A stretch of 64,000 nucleotides of DNA from an uncultured Candidatus Saccharibacteria bacterium (GTDB taxonomy: Bacteria > Patescibacteriota > Minisyncoccia > Phycocordibacterales > UBA918), in NCBI GenBank assembly GCA_964493145.1, contig CAZBMV010000002.1, positions 14,157-78,156 on the forward strand, written 5' to 3'. A program made the position numbers and the translations under genes. This document shows positions 1 to 10,885 of the stretch, piece after piece (the first letter of the stretch is position 1; every line of letters starts with the position of its first letter). Below the pieces are notes generated by a model. It was not told where the DNA came from, searched no databases, and saw nothing but the letters and a program-made list of their open reading frames with translations.

Positions 1-542
1 TGCGCGCATTCATTCTCCAGAACATGATAATGCACGAAAATCAGGTACGTCTCATTCTTGAGGGACCAACACGAGGTCTCCTCGGGTACAAGGGGCAATT
101 CATTATTGATACAAAGGGAGAGGGGATACTCTGCTCACGGGTAATTGGATTCAGACCGTACGCGGGTGAAATCAAGAAGCGCCAGGCCGGCTCAATGGTG
201 TCCATGGCAACGGGAAAAGCACTCGGATTTTCACTCTGGAATCTACAAGACAGGGGGCAACTCTACATTGGTCCCGCTACCGATGTGTACGAGGGCATGG
301 TCATCGGAAACACCTCCAAGGGTGAAGAACTCATGGTGAATCCGACGAAGGGGAAGCAACTCTCAAACGTCCGCGCTTCCGGTTCCGACGAGGCGCTGTA
401 CCTCACCCCACACAGGCCACTCAACATTGAAACGGGACTTGAAATCATGGCAGATGATGAGTATTTGGAAATCACGCCCAATTCCACCCGTCTCCGCAAG
501 CAAGTGCTCAAGGAGAGCGATCGCGTTCGTTCACGACGATAA
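1..542 (+). CDS. typA: Translational GTPase TypA/BipA, C-terminal part (5' end outside window)
   Basis: PTRGLLGY...TKGEG, RGQLYIGP..VYEGMVIG, VNPTKGKQLSNVRASGSDE, DDEYLEITP..RLRK match the BipA C-terminus. Confidence 0.95.
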   Translation, partial: RAFILQNMIMHENQVRLILEGPTRGLLGYKGQFIIDTKGEGILCSRVIGFRPYAGEIKKRQAGSMVSMATGKALGFSLWNLQDRGQLYIGPATDVYEGMVIGNTSKGEELMVNPTKGKQLSNVRASGSDEALYLTPHRPLNIETGLEIMADDEYLEITPNSTRLRKQVLKESDRVRSRR

Positions 543-574
543 GTACACGATGCTCAATGTGATATCATAGACGT

Positions 575-973
575 ATGAAAGTAAGCAACGTCGTACTCTA
601 TGCGCTCTTGGTCGCCATCCTCATAGCAGGGCTCATATATGCGCGCGCTGTTTCGGCTCCACAGAGTTCACAGGGAACGAACAGTCCGTACGATGTATTT
701 GCGCAATGTCTCAGTGACGCCGGCGCAAAGTTTTACGGAACCTTCTGGTGCCCGCACTGTAAAAATCAAAAGGATCTTTTCCAAAATTCAAAAAAGTTAC
801 CGTACATTGAGTGCTCAACGCCCAACGGACAGGGGCAACTTAAAATTTGTGCCGACGCAGGCATAACGGGCTACCCGACATGGACTTTTGCGGACGGCTC
901 GCAACTCTCCGGAGAGCAATCGTTTGAAAAACTTGCAGAGAAAACGGGATGCGCAGTTCCGGTAACGCAGTAG
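575..973 (+). CDS. Membrane-anchored thioredoxin-like protein (VKOR-associated type)
   Basis: N-terminal TM; FYGTFWCPHC; YIEC; GITGYPTW. Confidence 0.85.
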   Translation: MKVSNVVLYALLVAILIAGLIYARAVSAPQSSQGTNSPYDVFAQCLSDAGAKFYGTFWCPHCKNQKDLFQNSKKLPYIECSTPNGQGQLKICADAGITGYPTWTFADGSQLSGEQSFEKLAEKTGCAVPVTQ

Positions 974-1083
974 CGCAAAATCCAAAGACATGAAGCTAAA
1001 AGCCGGAATGTAATGTTGAATGATAAAAATTTTTCATTTTTGATTACATCCTGGTTTCAGTATTTTGGTTTTTAGTTTCAACC

Positions 1084-1353
1084 TCAGCTCTTCTCGTCGG
1101 GGGGATGTATTCCCTGAACAGGGCTCACGATACTCGGATTCCACTCCGCTTTAATTTCCCCGTGCATCTTTTCAAACTGATTGATTTCGTGTGAGAGGTA
1201 ATCACGAAGGCGCTTTGCGTGCTGCGGTGTGAGCGAATAAATAGCAGACTGCGCACCTGAACTTAGACCAATAACGAAATACTCAGGCGTATAGCCAATT
1301 TTGATGTTCTCACAAAATAACTTCGGTGCCTTTTGCAAATCCTCAGGTTTCAT
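1084..1353 (-). CDS. Small conserved hypothetical protein (DUF3467-like)
   Basis: ~89 aa ORF; TPQHAKRL...L...I..FEK.HGEI motif. Confidence 0.65.
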   Translation of the reverse strand: MKPEDLQKAPKLFCENIKIGYTPEYFVIGLSSGAQSAIYSLTPQHAKRLRDYLSHEINQFEKMHGEIKAEWNPSIVSPVQGIHPPDEKS

Positions 1354-1415
1354 AGTACTGAACACGATACCACCCCATTGAGGATGTTGTCCATGAGGAG
1401 TACACTATTGTGTAT

Positions 1416-2330
1416 ATGGAAAACACCGCAAAAAATTTTGCCCTACAGTTAGGGTCACTGGTGACATTATACGTAAGTATCGGTGCGCTTATAGGTCTTC
1501 TTTTCGGTATCATTACAGTTCAGTATCCTGATCAAGCTCAAATGTATTGGGAGTACAATGATGCGACATCAAGTATCAGGTTCTCAATTGCCCTGCTCAT
1601 TGTCTTCTTCCCAACGTACATAATTCTTACGCGATTGGTAAATGTTATCAGACGCACAGAACAGGGGACGTACCTCACACTCACACGGTGGCTCATCTAT
1701 CTCTCACTTCTCGTCGGAGGTGGTGTGCTACTCGGCGACCTCGTGGCGACATTCAATAGTTTTCTCAATGGAGAAATCACCATTCGCTTCGCGCTCAAGG
1801 CACTCACCGTACTCCTCGTTACCGGTGTCGCATTCGTGTACTACCTCATGGATGTGCGCGGATACTGGCAGGCAAACGAGCGCCATTCACAGTACTACGG
1901 GGGAATCGTCGCTCTTACGGTCGTCGTGTCGCTTATTTCAGGATTCATGCACACAGAAACACCGGGTGAGGTACGTGATATGAATCTTGATGCAAAGCAA
2001 ATTACCGACCTTCAGGATATGCAGTACAGAGTGCAAGCGTACGCATCGCTCCATGAGGCACTCCCAAAATCACTCTCAGACGCATACAGTGGACTCCAAT
2101 TACCGATGGCGCCCGAGGGGAGAGCGATGTATCGTTATGAAGTAATTTCGTACAACTCATTTAATCTTTGCGCAGAATTTTTCACAGAAACGAAGCCCGG
2201 TGAAAACGCTTTATACGGCTACGATTACACTGAACCGTTTTCTATCAAAAATCCTGATGACTGGTCACATGGGAAAGGTGAGTGGTGCTTCATGCGGGTT
2301 CTCAATACTGACAAAACAATACTGGACTAA
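1416..2330 (+). CDS. Multi-pass membrane protein (DUF5671-like)
   Basis: Several TM helices, WLIYLSL...GDL..FLNGE.T.RF.LK, C-terminal soluble domain with F.LCAEF. Confidence 0.7.
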   Translation: MENTAKNFALQLGSLVTLYVSIGALIGLLFGIITVQYPDQAQMYWEYNDATSSIRFSIALLIVFFPTYIILTRLVNVIRRTEQGTYLTLTRWLIYLSLLVGGGVLLGDLVATFNSFLNGEITIRFALKALTVLLVTGVAFVYYLMDVRGYWQANERHSQYYGGIVALTVVVSLISGFMHTETPGEVRDMNLDAKQITDLQDMQYRVQAYASLHEALPKSLSDAYSGLQLPMAPEGRAMYRYEVISYNSFNLCAEFFTETKPGENALYGYDYTEPFSIKNPDDWSHGKGEWCFMRVLNTDKTILD

Positions 2331-2373
2331 TTCAAATTTAACTGCATAATAGGCCACATAATTACTGCTTCCC

Positions 2374-4749
2374 ATGCACAAGAAATTTGACCACGGAATA
2401 ATTGAAAAAAAATGGCAGAAGCATTGGGAGGAGACAGGCATATACAACGTCGGAGCGCGTGATGTATCCAAGGAAAAAGAGTACGTCCTCGTAGAGTGGC
2501 CGTACCCGTCAGGGAACCTCCACATCGGTCACTGGTTCGCATTTGCCGTCGTGGACATATACGTTCGTGCGAGACGTATGCAGGGGAAGCAGGTACTGTT
2601 TCCAATCGGCTTTGATGCCTTTGGGCTTCCCGCAGAGAACGCCGCAATCAAGCGAGATTTAGACCCCCGTGCATGGACGGAGTCAAATATCGCGCACATG
2701 ATCAAGCAACTCAAGAGCATGGGGAATGCGTTTTCGTGGGACATGATGACAAGTTCCACCGACCCGGAATACTACAAGTGGACACAGTGGATATTTACAA
2801 AGTTTTTTGAGAAAGGGATTGCGTTTCGGGGAGATGCGGTGGTGAACTGGTGCCCGGGTTGCAACACCGTCATCGCGAATGAGCAGGTGCTTGCGAATGG
2901 CACCTGCGAACGTTCCGGTGACACCATTGAGCGCAAGGAAATGAAGCAATGGATGCTCCGCATCACCGATTACGCCGATCGGCTCGTTGATGATCTGGAT
3001 GCACTCAATTGGCCGACCCACATCAAGGAGTCCCAACGTCAGTGGATTGGTCGTTCGCGTGGCGCCGAGCTCTCGTTTGCACTTTCTTCTGGAGAGAGCG
3101 TTACTATTTTCACGACACGACCGGACACACTCTTCGGCGCGACGTACCTTGTTCTCGCACCGGAGCATGACCTCGTACAAAAAAACAAGCACCTCATTTC
3201 AAATTGGGTGGACGTTGAGGCGTACGTCATCGCATCGGCACAAAAAGATGAAATTCAGCGAACGAAGGCGGAAAAGGAAAAGACCGGCGTTCGGCTTGAG
3301 GGTGTATCCACAACGAATCCGGCAACAGGTGAAACCATCCCTGTCTTCATCGCCGACTACGTCCTCAAGGGGTACGGCACCGGTGCCATTATGGCGGTGC
3401 CCGCGCACGATGAGCGCGATTTTGCGTTTGCAACGAAGTTTAATCTCCCGATTAAAATTGTTATCAGTGGATCAGAGTCTGCTCCTTTTTCAGGCGCGGG
3501 AGCACTTGTGAATTCCGGAGAATTTGACGGGATGGATTCAGAGGAGGCAAAAATCGCCATTACCGAAAAAGTTGGAGGAAAACTCACCTCAACGTACCGT
3601 CTCCGCGACTGGTCAATCGGACGCCAGCGATACTGGGGTGTCCCCATTCCCATTGTGTACGATCCCGAAGGGAATCCACACGCAATTCCGAAGGAACATC
3701 TCCCGTGGCACCTGCCGACCGACGTTGACTTCAAGCCGACGGGTGTGGCGCCGCTTGCGAAAAGTACAGAACTGAAGGAACGGGTGGAGCGGATATTTGG
3801 TAAGGGTTGGACACCTGAAGTTGAAACCATGGATACGTTTGTGGACTCTTCATGGTATTTTTTCAGGTACATTGATACGAAAAACACTGAAGAATTCTCA
3901 TCAAAAAAGGCACAGGACGAGTGGATGCCGATTGATATTTACTTCGGGGGTTCCGAACACAACACCATGCACCTCCTCTACTCACGTTTTTTCACAAAGG
4001 TACTCTTTGACCTCGGCCTCACGAAACTGAGCGAACCATACACGAAACGCATCAACCGGGGCCTCGTCCTCGGTCCCGACGGCAACAAGATGAGCAAATC
4101 AAAGGGAAATGTCATAGAACCCGATGAGCAGGTGGAACGTCTTGGCGCCGACACCGTGAAAATGTACCTCGCCTTCATGGGACCGTACGGAGAGATTACC
4201 AACTATCCGTGGGACGTGGGTGGCATCGCTGGGCAACGACGATTCCTTGAGCGCGTGAATGGGTTGTCAGAGCACATTGTAGAAACGGAGACAGAGGAAA
4301 CAACACGCCTTCTCCATAAAACAATACAGAAGGTACGTGACGATATTGACGCGTACAAATTCAATACCGCCATCAGTGCGCTCATGGTATTTCTCAACCA
4401 TGTTGAGAAACATGGTTTGACTCGTGATTCGTACACACTTTTCGTGCGCACACTCGCACCCTTCGCACCGCACCTCACCGAGGAGCTGTGGCACGAGCAC
4501 GGGGAAGTCGGCTCCGTTCATGCGACACCGTGGCCGACAGTTCGCACTGAACTCCTCACCGAATCTACGGTGACTGTGAGTATTCAAATTAACGGAAAGA
4601 TGCGCGGTACACTCACCGCACCCTTTGATGCCGACGAGCAAACTGTTTTGGCTCTCTGCAGGAATACACCAAACTTGAGTGACAAAATTCCGCCAGCCAT
4701 TTCAAGAATTGTGTACGTCAAAAATAAGATTTTGAGCATTATAGGGTGA
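2374..4749 (+). CDS. leuS: Leucine--tRNA ligase
   Basis: PYPSGNLHIGH, FTTRPDT, GTGAIMAVPAHDERD editing motif, KMSKS. Confidence 0.98.
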   Translation: MHKKFDHGIIEKKWQKHWEETGIYNVGARDVSKEKEYVLVEWPYPSGNLHIGHWFAFAVVDIYVRARRMQGKQVLFPIGFDAFGLPAENAAIKRDLDPRAWTESNIAHMIKQLKSMGNAFSWDMMTSSTDPEYYKWTQWIFTKFFEKGIAFRGDAVVNWCPGCNTVIANEQVLANGTCERSGDTIERKEMKQWMLRITDYADRLVDDLDALNWPTHIKESQRQWIGRSRGAELSFALSSGESVTIFTTRPDTLFGATYLVLAPEHDLVQKNKHLISNWVDVEAYVIASAQKDEIQRTKAEKEKTGVRLEGVSTTNPATGETIPVFIADYVLKGYGTGAIMAVPAHDERDFAFATKFNLPIKIVISGSESAPFSGAGALVNSGEFDGMDSEEAKIAITEKVGGKLTSTYRLRDWSIGRQRYWGVPIPIVYDPEGNPHAIPKEHLPWHLPTDVDFKPTGVAPLAKSTELKERVERIFGKGWTPEVETMDTFVDSSWYFFRYIDTKNTEEFSSKKAQDEWMPIDIYFGGSEHNTMHLLYSRFFTKVLFDLGLTKLSEPYTKRINRGLVLGPDGNKMSKSKGNVIEPDEQVERLGADTVKMYLAFMGPYGEITNYPWDVGGIAGQRRFLERVNGLSEHIVETETEETTRLLHKTIQKVRDDIDAYKFNTAISALMVFLNHVEKHGLTRDSYTLFVRTLAPFAPHLTEELWHEHGEVGSVHATPWPTVRTELLTESTVTVSIQINGKMRGTLTAPFDADEQTVLALCRNTPNLSDKIPPAISRIVYVKNKILSIIG

Positions 4750-4823
4750 TGCTTGACGTCTCATGGATGTCGTGATAAAAATAACACCACACTTTTGAAA
4801 GATGACCAGTAACACGAGGCGCC

Positions 4824-5849
4824 ATGATTACATTTAAACCAAAACAGGTAACAAAGAAACTACTTTCAGTCCTCCCCGAGCGCGCACGTGACGTCCTTGA
4901 GAAGCGATACGGCCTCGGCAGTGACGCGGAAACGTATACACTGGAATCAATCGGCCAAACCTACGGCATTACGAGAGAGCGCGTCCGCCAGATTGAAAAT
5001 TACGGTATTCAATCCATTCAGAAATCGTCAGTTTATAAGGAGTTTCAGAATGTATTTGATGAACTTAAGACAGCACTTGACTCACTCGGCGGTGTCATAA
5101 ATGAGCAAGAGCTCCTCAGCGAACTTTCGGGTGACCAATCGCTCCGCAATCATATTTACTTCCTTCTCGTCATTGGAGAACCGTTCAGGCGTGAGAAGGA
5201 GTCAAATTACTTCACGCATCGCTGGTACATTGAGAAAAGAATTTCTGATACCGTTGAGAAAGCGCTTTCAAACATTTTCAATTCACTCAATGAAGACGAA
5301 CTTGTTGCTGAGGATGAAATTCTCGCTCGTCTCAAGGAAGAGCTCGGTGAAATTGAAGAGCGTTACCGCGATGAAAAAATACTCCGCAGGTGGCTCTCCA
5401 TCTCAAAGCAAATTGACCGTAATCCGCTTGGCGAGTGGGGACCAGCAACGAGTGCGAACGTGCGCGCGAAGGGAATTCGTGACTACGCGTACCTCGCCGT
5501 AAAGCGACACGGTTCACCGATGCACTTCAAAGAGGTTGCTGAAGCGATTAGAAAACTTTTCAACAAGAATGCCCACGTTGCAACAACGCACAATGAACTC
5601 ATCAAGGATAAGCGCTTCGTTCTCGTCGGACGTGGATTGTACGCTCTCTCAGAATGGGGGTACTCAGCGGGTGTCGTGAAGGACGTCCTCTGCGATATTC
5701 TTCATACCTGTGGACCACTCACGCGTGAAGAAATCATTGATAAAGTGCGCAAGGAACGTTACGTAAAGGACAACACCATCATTGTCAATCTTCAGGATTC
5801 ATCTATCTTTAGGAGACTTCCGGATGGTAGTTATATTCTCGTAGAGTAG
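4824..5849 (+). CDS. Sigma-70 region-4 HTH protein with C-terminal winged-helix (HARE-HTH/RNAP-delta-like) domains
   Basis: RYGL...TLESIGQTYGITRERVRQIE; C-terminal HNELIKDKRFVLVGRGLYALSEWG. Confidence 0.8.
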   Translation: MITFKPKQVTKKLLSVLPERARDVLEKRYGLGSDAETYTLESIGQTYGITRERVRQIENYGIQSIQKSSVYKEFQNVFDELKTALDSLGGVINEQELLSELSGDQSLRNHIYFLLVIGEPFRREKESNYFTHRWYIEKRISDTVEKALSNIFNSLNEDELVAEDEILARLKEELGEIEERYRDEKILRRWLSISKQIDRNPLGEWGPATSANVRAKGIRDYAYLAVKRHGSPMHFKEVAEAIRKLFNKNAHVATTHNELIKDKRFVLVGRGLYALSEWGYSAGVVKDVLCDILHTCGPLTREEIIDKVRKERYVKDNTIIVNLQDSSIFRRLPDGSYILVE

Positions 5850-5920
5850 AGTCCATTTCATACACATAACCCACGGAGAGGCAACGCCTTCTCGAGGGTT
5901 ATGTTGTACAATACTCACAT

Positions 5921-7255
5921 ATGATGCATTTTCTTGAGGGGCCGGTTGAGTTCCTTGAAAAATTCGGAGCCAACGTGAAGTGGCTCCTTGTCATGGTCGG
6001 TCTCGGCTTGGCATTTTTTGTTTTTTCACTCCTCAATCTCAAATCAAATGTCATTTGGGAATTCATGGTCGGAACCGCACCGCTGTGGCTCCCCGTCATC
6101 ATGTTCTTTCTCTTCTTTGAGTACTGGCTCTACTACGTACGTAAAAATTTTGATTTGCAACAGGGACGGGTCACGCTGGAACTGAAGGTTCCGCAGGAAA
6201 TTTTTAAATCTCCCGAGGCGATGGAGCTTGTTCTCATCCAACTCCACCAGACCGCCACCCCCGACAACCACATTCAGACCTACATTGACGGCAAACATCC
6301 ACCGAAATACTCGCTTGAACTCGTCTCACGTGGTGGTGATGTTCGTTTGTACATGAACGTCCCACGAAAGAAATTCAAAAATATTGCCGAAACGCAACTG
6401 TATGCGCAATACCCGGGAATAGAGGTTCACGAATTAGACATTGATTACACGGCGGAGGTTCCATGGGATCCCGAGCGGTTCTCGTACTTTTCAATTCACT
6501 TCGGATTAAAGAAGGCGGACGCATACCCCATTAAGACGTACATTGAGTACGGTCTCCAGACCATGCCGAAGGAGGAGGAGAAGGTTGATCCGATTACCTC
6601 AATGCTTGAAATGCTCGGAAGTGTCGGTCCCAATGAATTTTATTGGATTCAAATCCTCATTGATGCAAACAGGGAAGTCACATTCAAGGAGGGTGCGCTG
6701 TCACTCACGCCGGACTGGAAGGGTGCCGCACGCAAGGAAATTAAGAAGATTATTGACGATGCCGTTCTACGAGCCGGTGCTGAGACGAAAGGAAACGTTA
6801 TGCAGCTCCTTACCGACACGGAGAAGGACACCATCAAGGCGATTGAACGCAGTCTCGGAAAAAATGCGTTCAATACCGCCATACGAGGCATGTACATCGC
6901 CAAGAAAGAGCACTACAATCCGGGTGAGCGTATCGGGGCGCTCATTACCGGGTGGCGCGGGTACGACGACCTCAACAGGAACGCAATCGGTGTGCGCTGG
7001 AGAACGGACTTTGACTGGAATTGGTGGCAGGACCCAAAGGATAGGAAGAAGGATGCACTCAAGAAGGAAGAACTCCATGAGTACAAGATCCGTGCGTACA
7101 CAAGCCAGTCTGCAAACGATAAACCAAAGGTAATGACGACTGAGGAGCTCGCAACCATCTTCCACATCCCGGGCAAGGTGGTCACGACGCCAACGCTCTC
7201 ACGTATCCCATCCAAGCGTGCAGAAGCACCATCAAACCTCCCCGTAGGCGGTTAA
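5921..7255 (+). CDS. Conserved hypothetical membrane-anchored protein
   Basis: 444-aa ORF, two N-terminal TMs, YAQYP, YPIKTY and EELATIFHIP motifs. Confidence 0.7.
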   Translation: MMHFLEGPVEFLEKFGANVKWLLVMVGLGLAFFVFSLLNLKSNVIWEFMVGTAPLWLPVIMFFLFFEYWLYYVRKNFDLQQGRVTLELKVPQEIFKSPEAMELVLIQLHQTATPDNHIQTYIDGKHPPKYSLELVSRGGDVRLYMNVPRKKFKNIAETQLYAQYPGIEVHELDIDYTAEVPWDPERFSYFSIHFGLKKADAYPIKTYIEYGLQTMPKEEEKVDPITSMLEMLGSVGPNEFYWIQILIDANREVTFKEGALSLTPDWKGAARKEIKKIIDDAVLRAGAETKGNVMQLLTDTEKDTIKAIERSLGKNAFNTAIRGMYIAKKEHYNPGERIGALITGWRGYDDLNRNAIGVRWRTDFDWNWWQDPKDRKKDALKKEELHEYKIRAYTSQSANDKPKVMTTEELATIFHIPGKVVTTPTLSRIPSKRAEAPSNLPVGG

Positions 7256-7256
7256 T

Positions 7257-8237
7257 ATGAATACCGCTTTGCCTCTACAACTGCAGACAGGGAAGTTTTA
7301 CAGGTACATCGTCGCTTGTGTACTCGCAGCGCTCGTTGTGCTAACGGGAATGTTTTTTTATTTCAGATCACTCAATGAAGCACCCGACGATTTTCCTGTC
7401 ACCTCGGATATTCGTATTGACGATGGACTGACGGTGCGAGACGTTACTGATGCACTTGCGGAGAGCGGTGTCGTTCAATCATCTTTGTATCTCTATCTCG
7501 TCATCATGACAGAGTATGGGAACATGCCGGTGCAGGCGGGGACATACCGTTTTTCAGAACCGCAAACGACAAAGGAAATTGCACGCGCCATCGTCTACGG
7601 CGAGAATCTTTCTCCCCTCATTCGCGTTACCCTTCCTGAGGGATTTCGGGCGCGCGACATTTTGTCGTACTTGCCGCCGCTCTTTGACACGGACGTCACC
7701 GCACTCTTTACTCCGTATGAGGGCTACCTTTTTCCGGACACGTATTTCATTTCTCGCACCATGTCCCCCGTTGACCTGTTGGAACTGTTGCGCTCAACGC
7801 ACGCCGACAAGCTCATGCCCTATGCGGACAAAATAAGAACTTCCGGTCTTACGTACGACGAGGTTATTACATTCGCCTCAATCATTGAGCGTGAGGCGAA
7901 GGATGAGGAGTCTAAACGTATGGTCTCCGGAATTTTACACAACAGGCTCGCACGCAATATGCCACTGCAGGTTGATGCGTCATTTGACTACCTCCTAGGC
8001 AAGGAGAGTAGCGAACTCACCGAGGAAGATCTCACCATTGACTCACCCTACAACACGTACACACACCTCGGACTTCCCCCAACACCGATTTCAAATCCGG
8101 GACTACTAGCGATTGATGCCGTGCTCAATCCGACGCAAACACCATTTTTGTACTACCTAACCGCGGATGATGGAACATTTCATTACGCAAAAACATTTGA
8201 GGAACATAGGCGGAATAAGCAGAAGTACCTAAAATAG
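7257..8237 (+). CDS. mltG: Endolytic transglycosylase MltG
   Basis: N-terminal TM; TLPEG, EGYLFPDTY, ASIIERE, SPYNTY..GLPPTPISNPG. Confidence 0.95.
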   Translation: MNTALPLQLQTGKFYRYIVACVLAALVVLTGMFFYFRSLNEAPDDFPVTSDIRIDDGLTVRDVTDALAESGVVQSSLYLYLVIMTEYGNMPVQAGTYRFSEPQTTKEIARAIVYGENLSPLIRVTLPEGFRARDILSYLPPLFDTDVTALFTPYEGYLFPDTYFISRTMSPVDLLELLRSTHADKLMPYADKIRTSGLTYDEVITFASIIEREAKDEESKRMVSGILHNRLARNMPLQVDASFDYLLGKESSELTEEDLTIDSPYNTYTHLGLPPTPISNPGLLAIDAVLNPTQTPFLYYLTADDGTFHYAKTFEEHRRNKQKYLK

Positions 8238-8269
8238 CAATTTTGGTACCGCTGTGTTACTTTTTTCGG

Positions 8270-9346
8270 ATGAGTGAGCGAGAAACAGTATTCGTTGGCC
8301 TTTCGGGTGGCGTTGATTCAAGCGTTGCTCTTTTGCGCTTAAAAAATGCCGGATATAACGTTGTCGCCGTTTTTATAAAAACGTGGCAACCTGATTTTAC
8401 CCCCTGTACGTGGAAACGTGACCGTCTTGACGCAATGCGCGTTGCAGCGCACCTCGGCGTACCATTTATAACTTTTGACGCAACCGACGCTTACAAACAG
8501 GGAGTGGCGGACTACCTCATTCGTGAATACGGAGAAGGGAGAACACCAAATCCAGATGTCATGTGCAATGAAGAGGTAAAATTCGGTGTGTTTTACGATT
8601 TTGCGCTCGCACGAGGGGCGACAAAGGTGGCGACGGGTCACTACGCACGTATAGAGTCCGGTTCCCATGGGAACGAACTTCACCGTGGGGTAGATGTTGA
8701 AAAGGATCAAAGTTATTTTTTGTGGCGATTGACGAGAGATAAACTCTCTCACATCCTTTTTCCCATCGGCAATAGCACGAAGGCGCATATTCGCAGGGAA
8801 GCACGAGATGCGGGAATCCCCACATCAGAAAAGCCGGATAGTCAGGGAATTTGTTTTCTCGGACACGTTGATATACGAGAGTTTCTTTCGCACTACCTCA
8901 CCCTCACAAGGGGTGCAGTCGTAGACACACGCGGAAATACTATCGGAATGCATGAAGGAGCGATTCTCTACACCCTGGGACAGCGGCACGGATTTACCAT
9001 CCAGAGAAAAGGGGTGGCCGATGCTCCCTATTACGTCATTGATCGCGATATTGAAAAAAACACCATTACCGTGGCAAACACACTTCGCGCGTGTGACAAC
9101 GCGCACATTGAACTTGCAGACATGCACTTGTGCGTGGACGAGTTACCGTCAGCCTGTGAGGCGCAGTTTAGATACAGACAGAAGCCGTTTCGTGTACAAC
9201 TTGCGGATGTTCACAACGGGCGTGCTATGCTCAAAGTGGTGGACGATGGCATAGACATCCCATCGGCTGGACAATCATGCGTGCTGTACCATGGCACACA
9301 CTGTCTCGGCGGAGGAATTATTAATACTGTTTTGAAAAGAGCATGA
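8270..9346 (+). CDS. mnmA: tRNA 2-thiouridylase MnmA
   Basis: SGGVDSS, TPNPDVMCN, ATGHYAR, KDQSYFL, DSQGICF, YTLGQR. Confidence 0.97.
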   Translation: MSERETVFVGLSGGVDSSVALLRLKNAGYNVVAVFIKTWQPDFTPCTWKRDRLDAMRVAAHLGVPFITFDATDAYKQGVADYLIREYGEGRTPNPDVMCNEEVKFGVFYDFALARGATKVATGHYARIESGSHGNELHRGVDVEKDQSYFLWRLTRDKLSHILFPIGNSTKAHIRREARDAGIPTSEKPDSQGICFLGHVDIREFLSHYLTLTRGAVVDTRGNTIGMHEGAILYTLGQRHGFTIQRKGVADAPYYVIDRDIEKNTITVANTLRACDNAHIELADMHLCVDELPSACEAQFRYRQKPFRVQLADVHNGRAMLKVVDDGIDIPSAGQSCVLYHGTHCLGGGIINTVLKRA

Positions 9347-10170
9347 AGATAGTAAAAGCGGATGGCGGTGTTGAAGAGTTTAAGCCTCAAAAACTCGTTG
9401 CGTCACTCAAAAAAGCGGGGGCAAAGCCTGCCGAAGTATCGCGCATACTCAGACAGGTGGAGACATCACTCCGAGATGGGATGCGGACGCAGATGATATA
9501 CCAGAAAGCGTTCCAATTACTCCGTGAGACGGAGGAACCCATTGCCGCACGGTACTCACTCAGGAGAGCGGTTTTCAGTCTCGGTCCGACAGGCTTTCCC
9601 TTTGAAGATTTTCTCGGTCGCATTTTTGAGGCGGAGGGATACAGGACGAAGCGCAGGCTCATACTCAAAGGAAAGTGCGCGACACACGAGATAGACCTCG
9701 CGGCATACTCACCGTCAGACACATTCATAGCAGAAGCAAAATTTCATGCACGTCCCGGAATCAAATCCGATCTTCAAGTTGCGATGTACTCGTACGCACG
9801 CTTTCTTGATCTCGCGTCAACACAAATTTGCAAAGCGGACACGTGTGGCATTGTCTCGCTTCGCGTCGTTACAAACACAAAATTTACACACGCCGCTGTT
9901 AAGTATGCGGAGTGCAGCGGCATTAGACTCCTCAGTTGGGACTACCCGCGCCGTGAATCGCTTCACGAAAAAATTGAGCGCTACAAGACGTACCCGATTA
10001 CCGTACTCACACACCTAAGTACAAACCAGAAGCAAGCCCTCCTCATGAAGGGAACCATACTCTGTTCCGACATAACAAAAAACCCGTCGGTACTCCACGA
10101 AATGAACCTACCAAGGAGCAAATTTGAGGCTGTTCTCCACGAAGCGCAGTCACTCTGTGGCTCACTCTAG
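9343..10170 (+). CDS. ATP-cone domain plus Mrr-like restriction-endonuclease-fold protein
   Basis: N-terminal IVKADG..EEF..KL..SL; GPTGFPFE, HEID, EAK, VTNTKF motifs. Confidence 0.8.
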   Translation: MKIVKADGGVEEFKPQKLVASLKKAGAKPAEVSRILRQVETSLRDGMRTQMIYQKAFQLLRETEEPIAARYSLRRAVFSLGPTGFPFEDFLGRIFEAEGYRTKRRLILKGKCATHEIDLAAYSPSDTFIAEAKFHARPGIKSDLQVAMYSYARFLDLASTQICKADTCGIVSLRVVTNTKFTHAAVKYAECSGIRLLSWDYPRRESLHEKIERYKTYPITVLTHLSTNQKQALLMKGTILCSDITKNPSVLHEMNLPRSKFEAVLHEAQSLCGSL

Positions 10171-10288
10171 TCATTTTTGACAAAAATGACCTCAAAATGC
10201 CCAATTAATGTGGCTTATTCTGTATGTTTTTTATCGTGTTATACTTGAGGGGTCATTACAAGGTGTAGTAGATACGCAATTAAGAATT

Positions 10289-10801
10289 ATGTCAGAAGTA
10301 GATAAGCAGGAAAGTCAGAAGACCGTCGTCGCATTTATTACCGGTTTACTCATTGGAGGACTGCTCGTATGGGTTTTTTCATCAACACCGGAGTCAAAGG
10401 TTGAGGAAGTGAATACAACGACAAACACAGAGCAAGAATCAACATCTGAAGTTACCACCGATGCAAGTGAAAATGCATCTGATGCAACAGGAAAGGGTTC
10501 AATCACTGTCGTAGATCAAAAGGCGGGAGCTGTCGTAACACTTGGAAAAATTGAGTTTCCAACGACTAACGGTTGGGTTGTTGTTCGTGATTACTCAAAT
10601 GGAGTTTCCGGTAACGTTCTCGGAGCAGCGCGCTACAGCGCCGATGAGGGCCTCGTACCAATAGCCGTTGAACTCGTACGAGCGACTGTTTCAGGAAGCA
10701 GCTACCAAGTCGTATTTTTCACAAACGAGGGTGACGCGGGCTTCTCACTTTCAGAGGACAAAGTTATTGATGGAGCATCTGCAACTTTCAGCGCAAACTA
10801 G
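10289..10801 (+). CDS. Single-pass membrane protein with extracellular beta-rich domain
   Basis: TM, Thr/Glu-rich linker, DQ.AG..V...GWVVV domain. Confidence 0.65.
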   Translation: MSEVDKQESQKTVVAFITGLLIGGLLVWVFSSTPESKVEEVNTTTNTEQESTSEVTTDASENASDATGKGSITVVDQKAGAVVTLGKIEFPTTNGWVVVRDYSNGVSGNVLGAARYSADEGLVPIAVELVRATVSGSSYQVVFFTNEGDAGFSLSEDKVIDGASATFSAN

Positions 10802-10829
10802 AAGCAACGCAACAAACGCAAATGGAAAT

Positions 10830-10853
10830 CAAAAAAGCCCTATGGGCTTTTTT
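10830..10853 (+). terminator. Intrinsic terminator
   Basis: aaaaaagccc-tat-gggctttttt. Confidence 0.7.
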
Positions 10854-10885
10854 GCATGTGTCATGAATAGGGTATACTTGTTCGC

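Noticed and set aside
975-1083. Long imperfect AT-rich hairpin as an ncRNA
   Set aside because: It lies between convergent genes and is most simply a bidirectional terminator region; no clear promoter.
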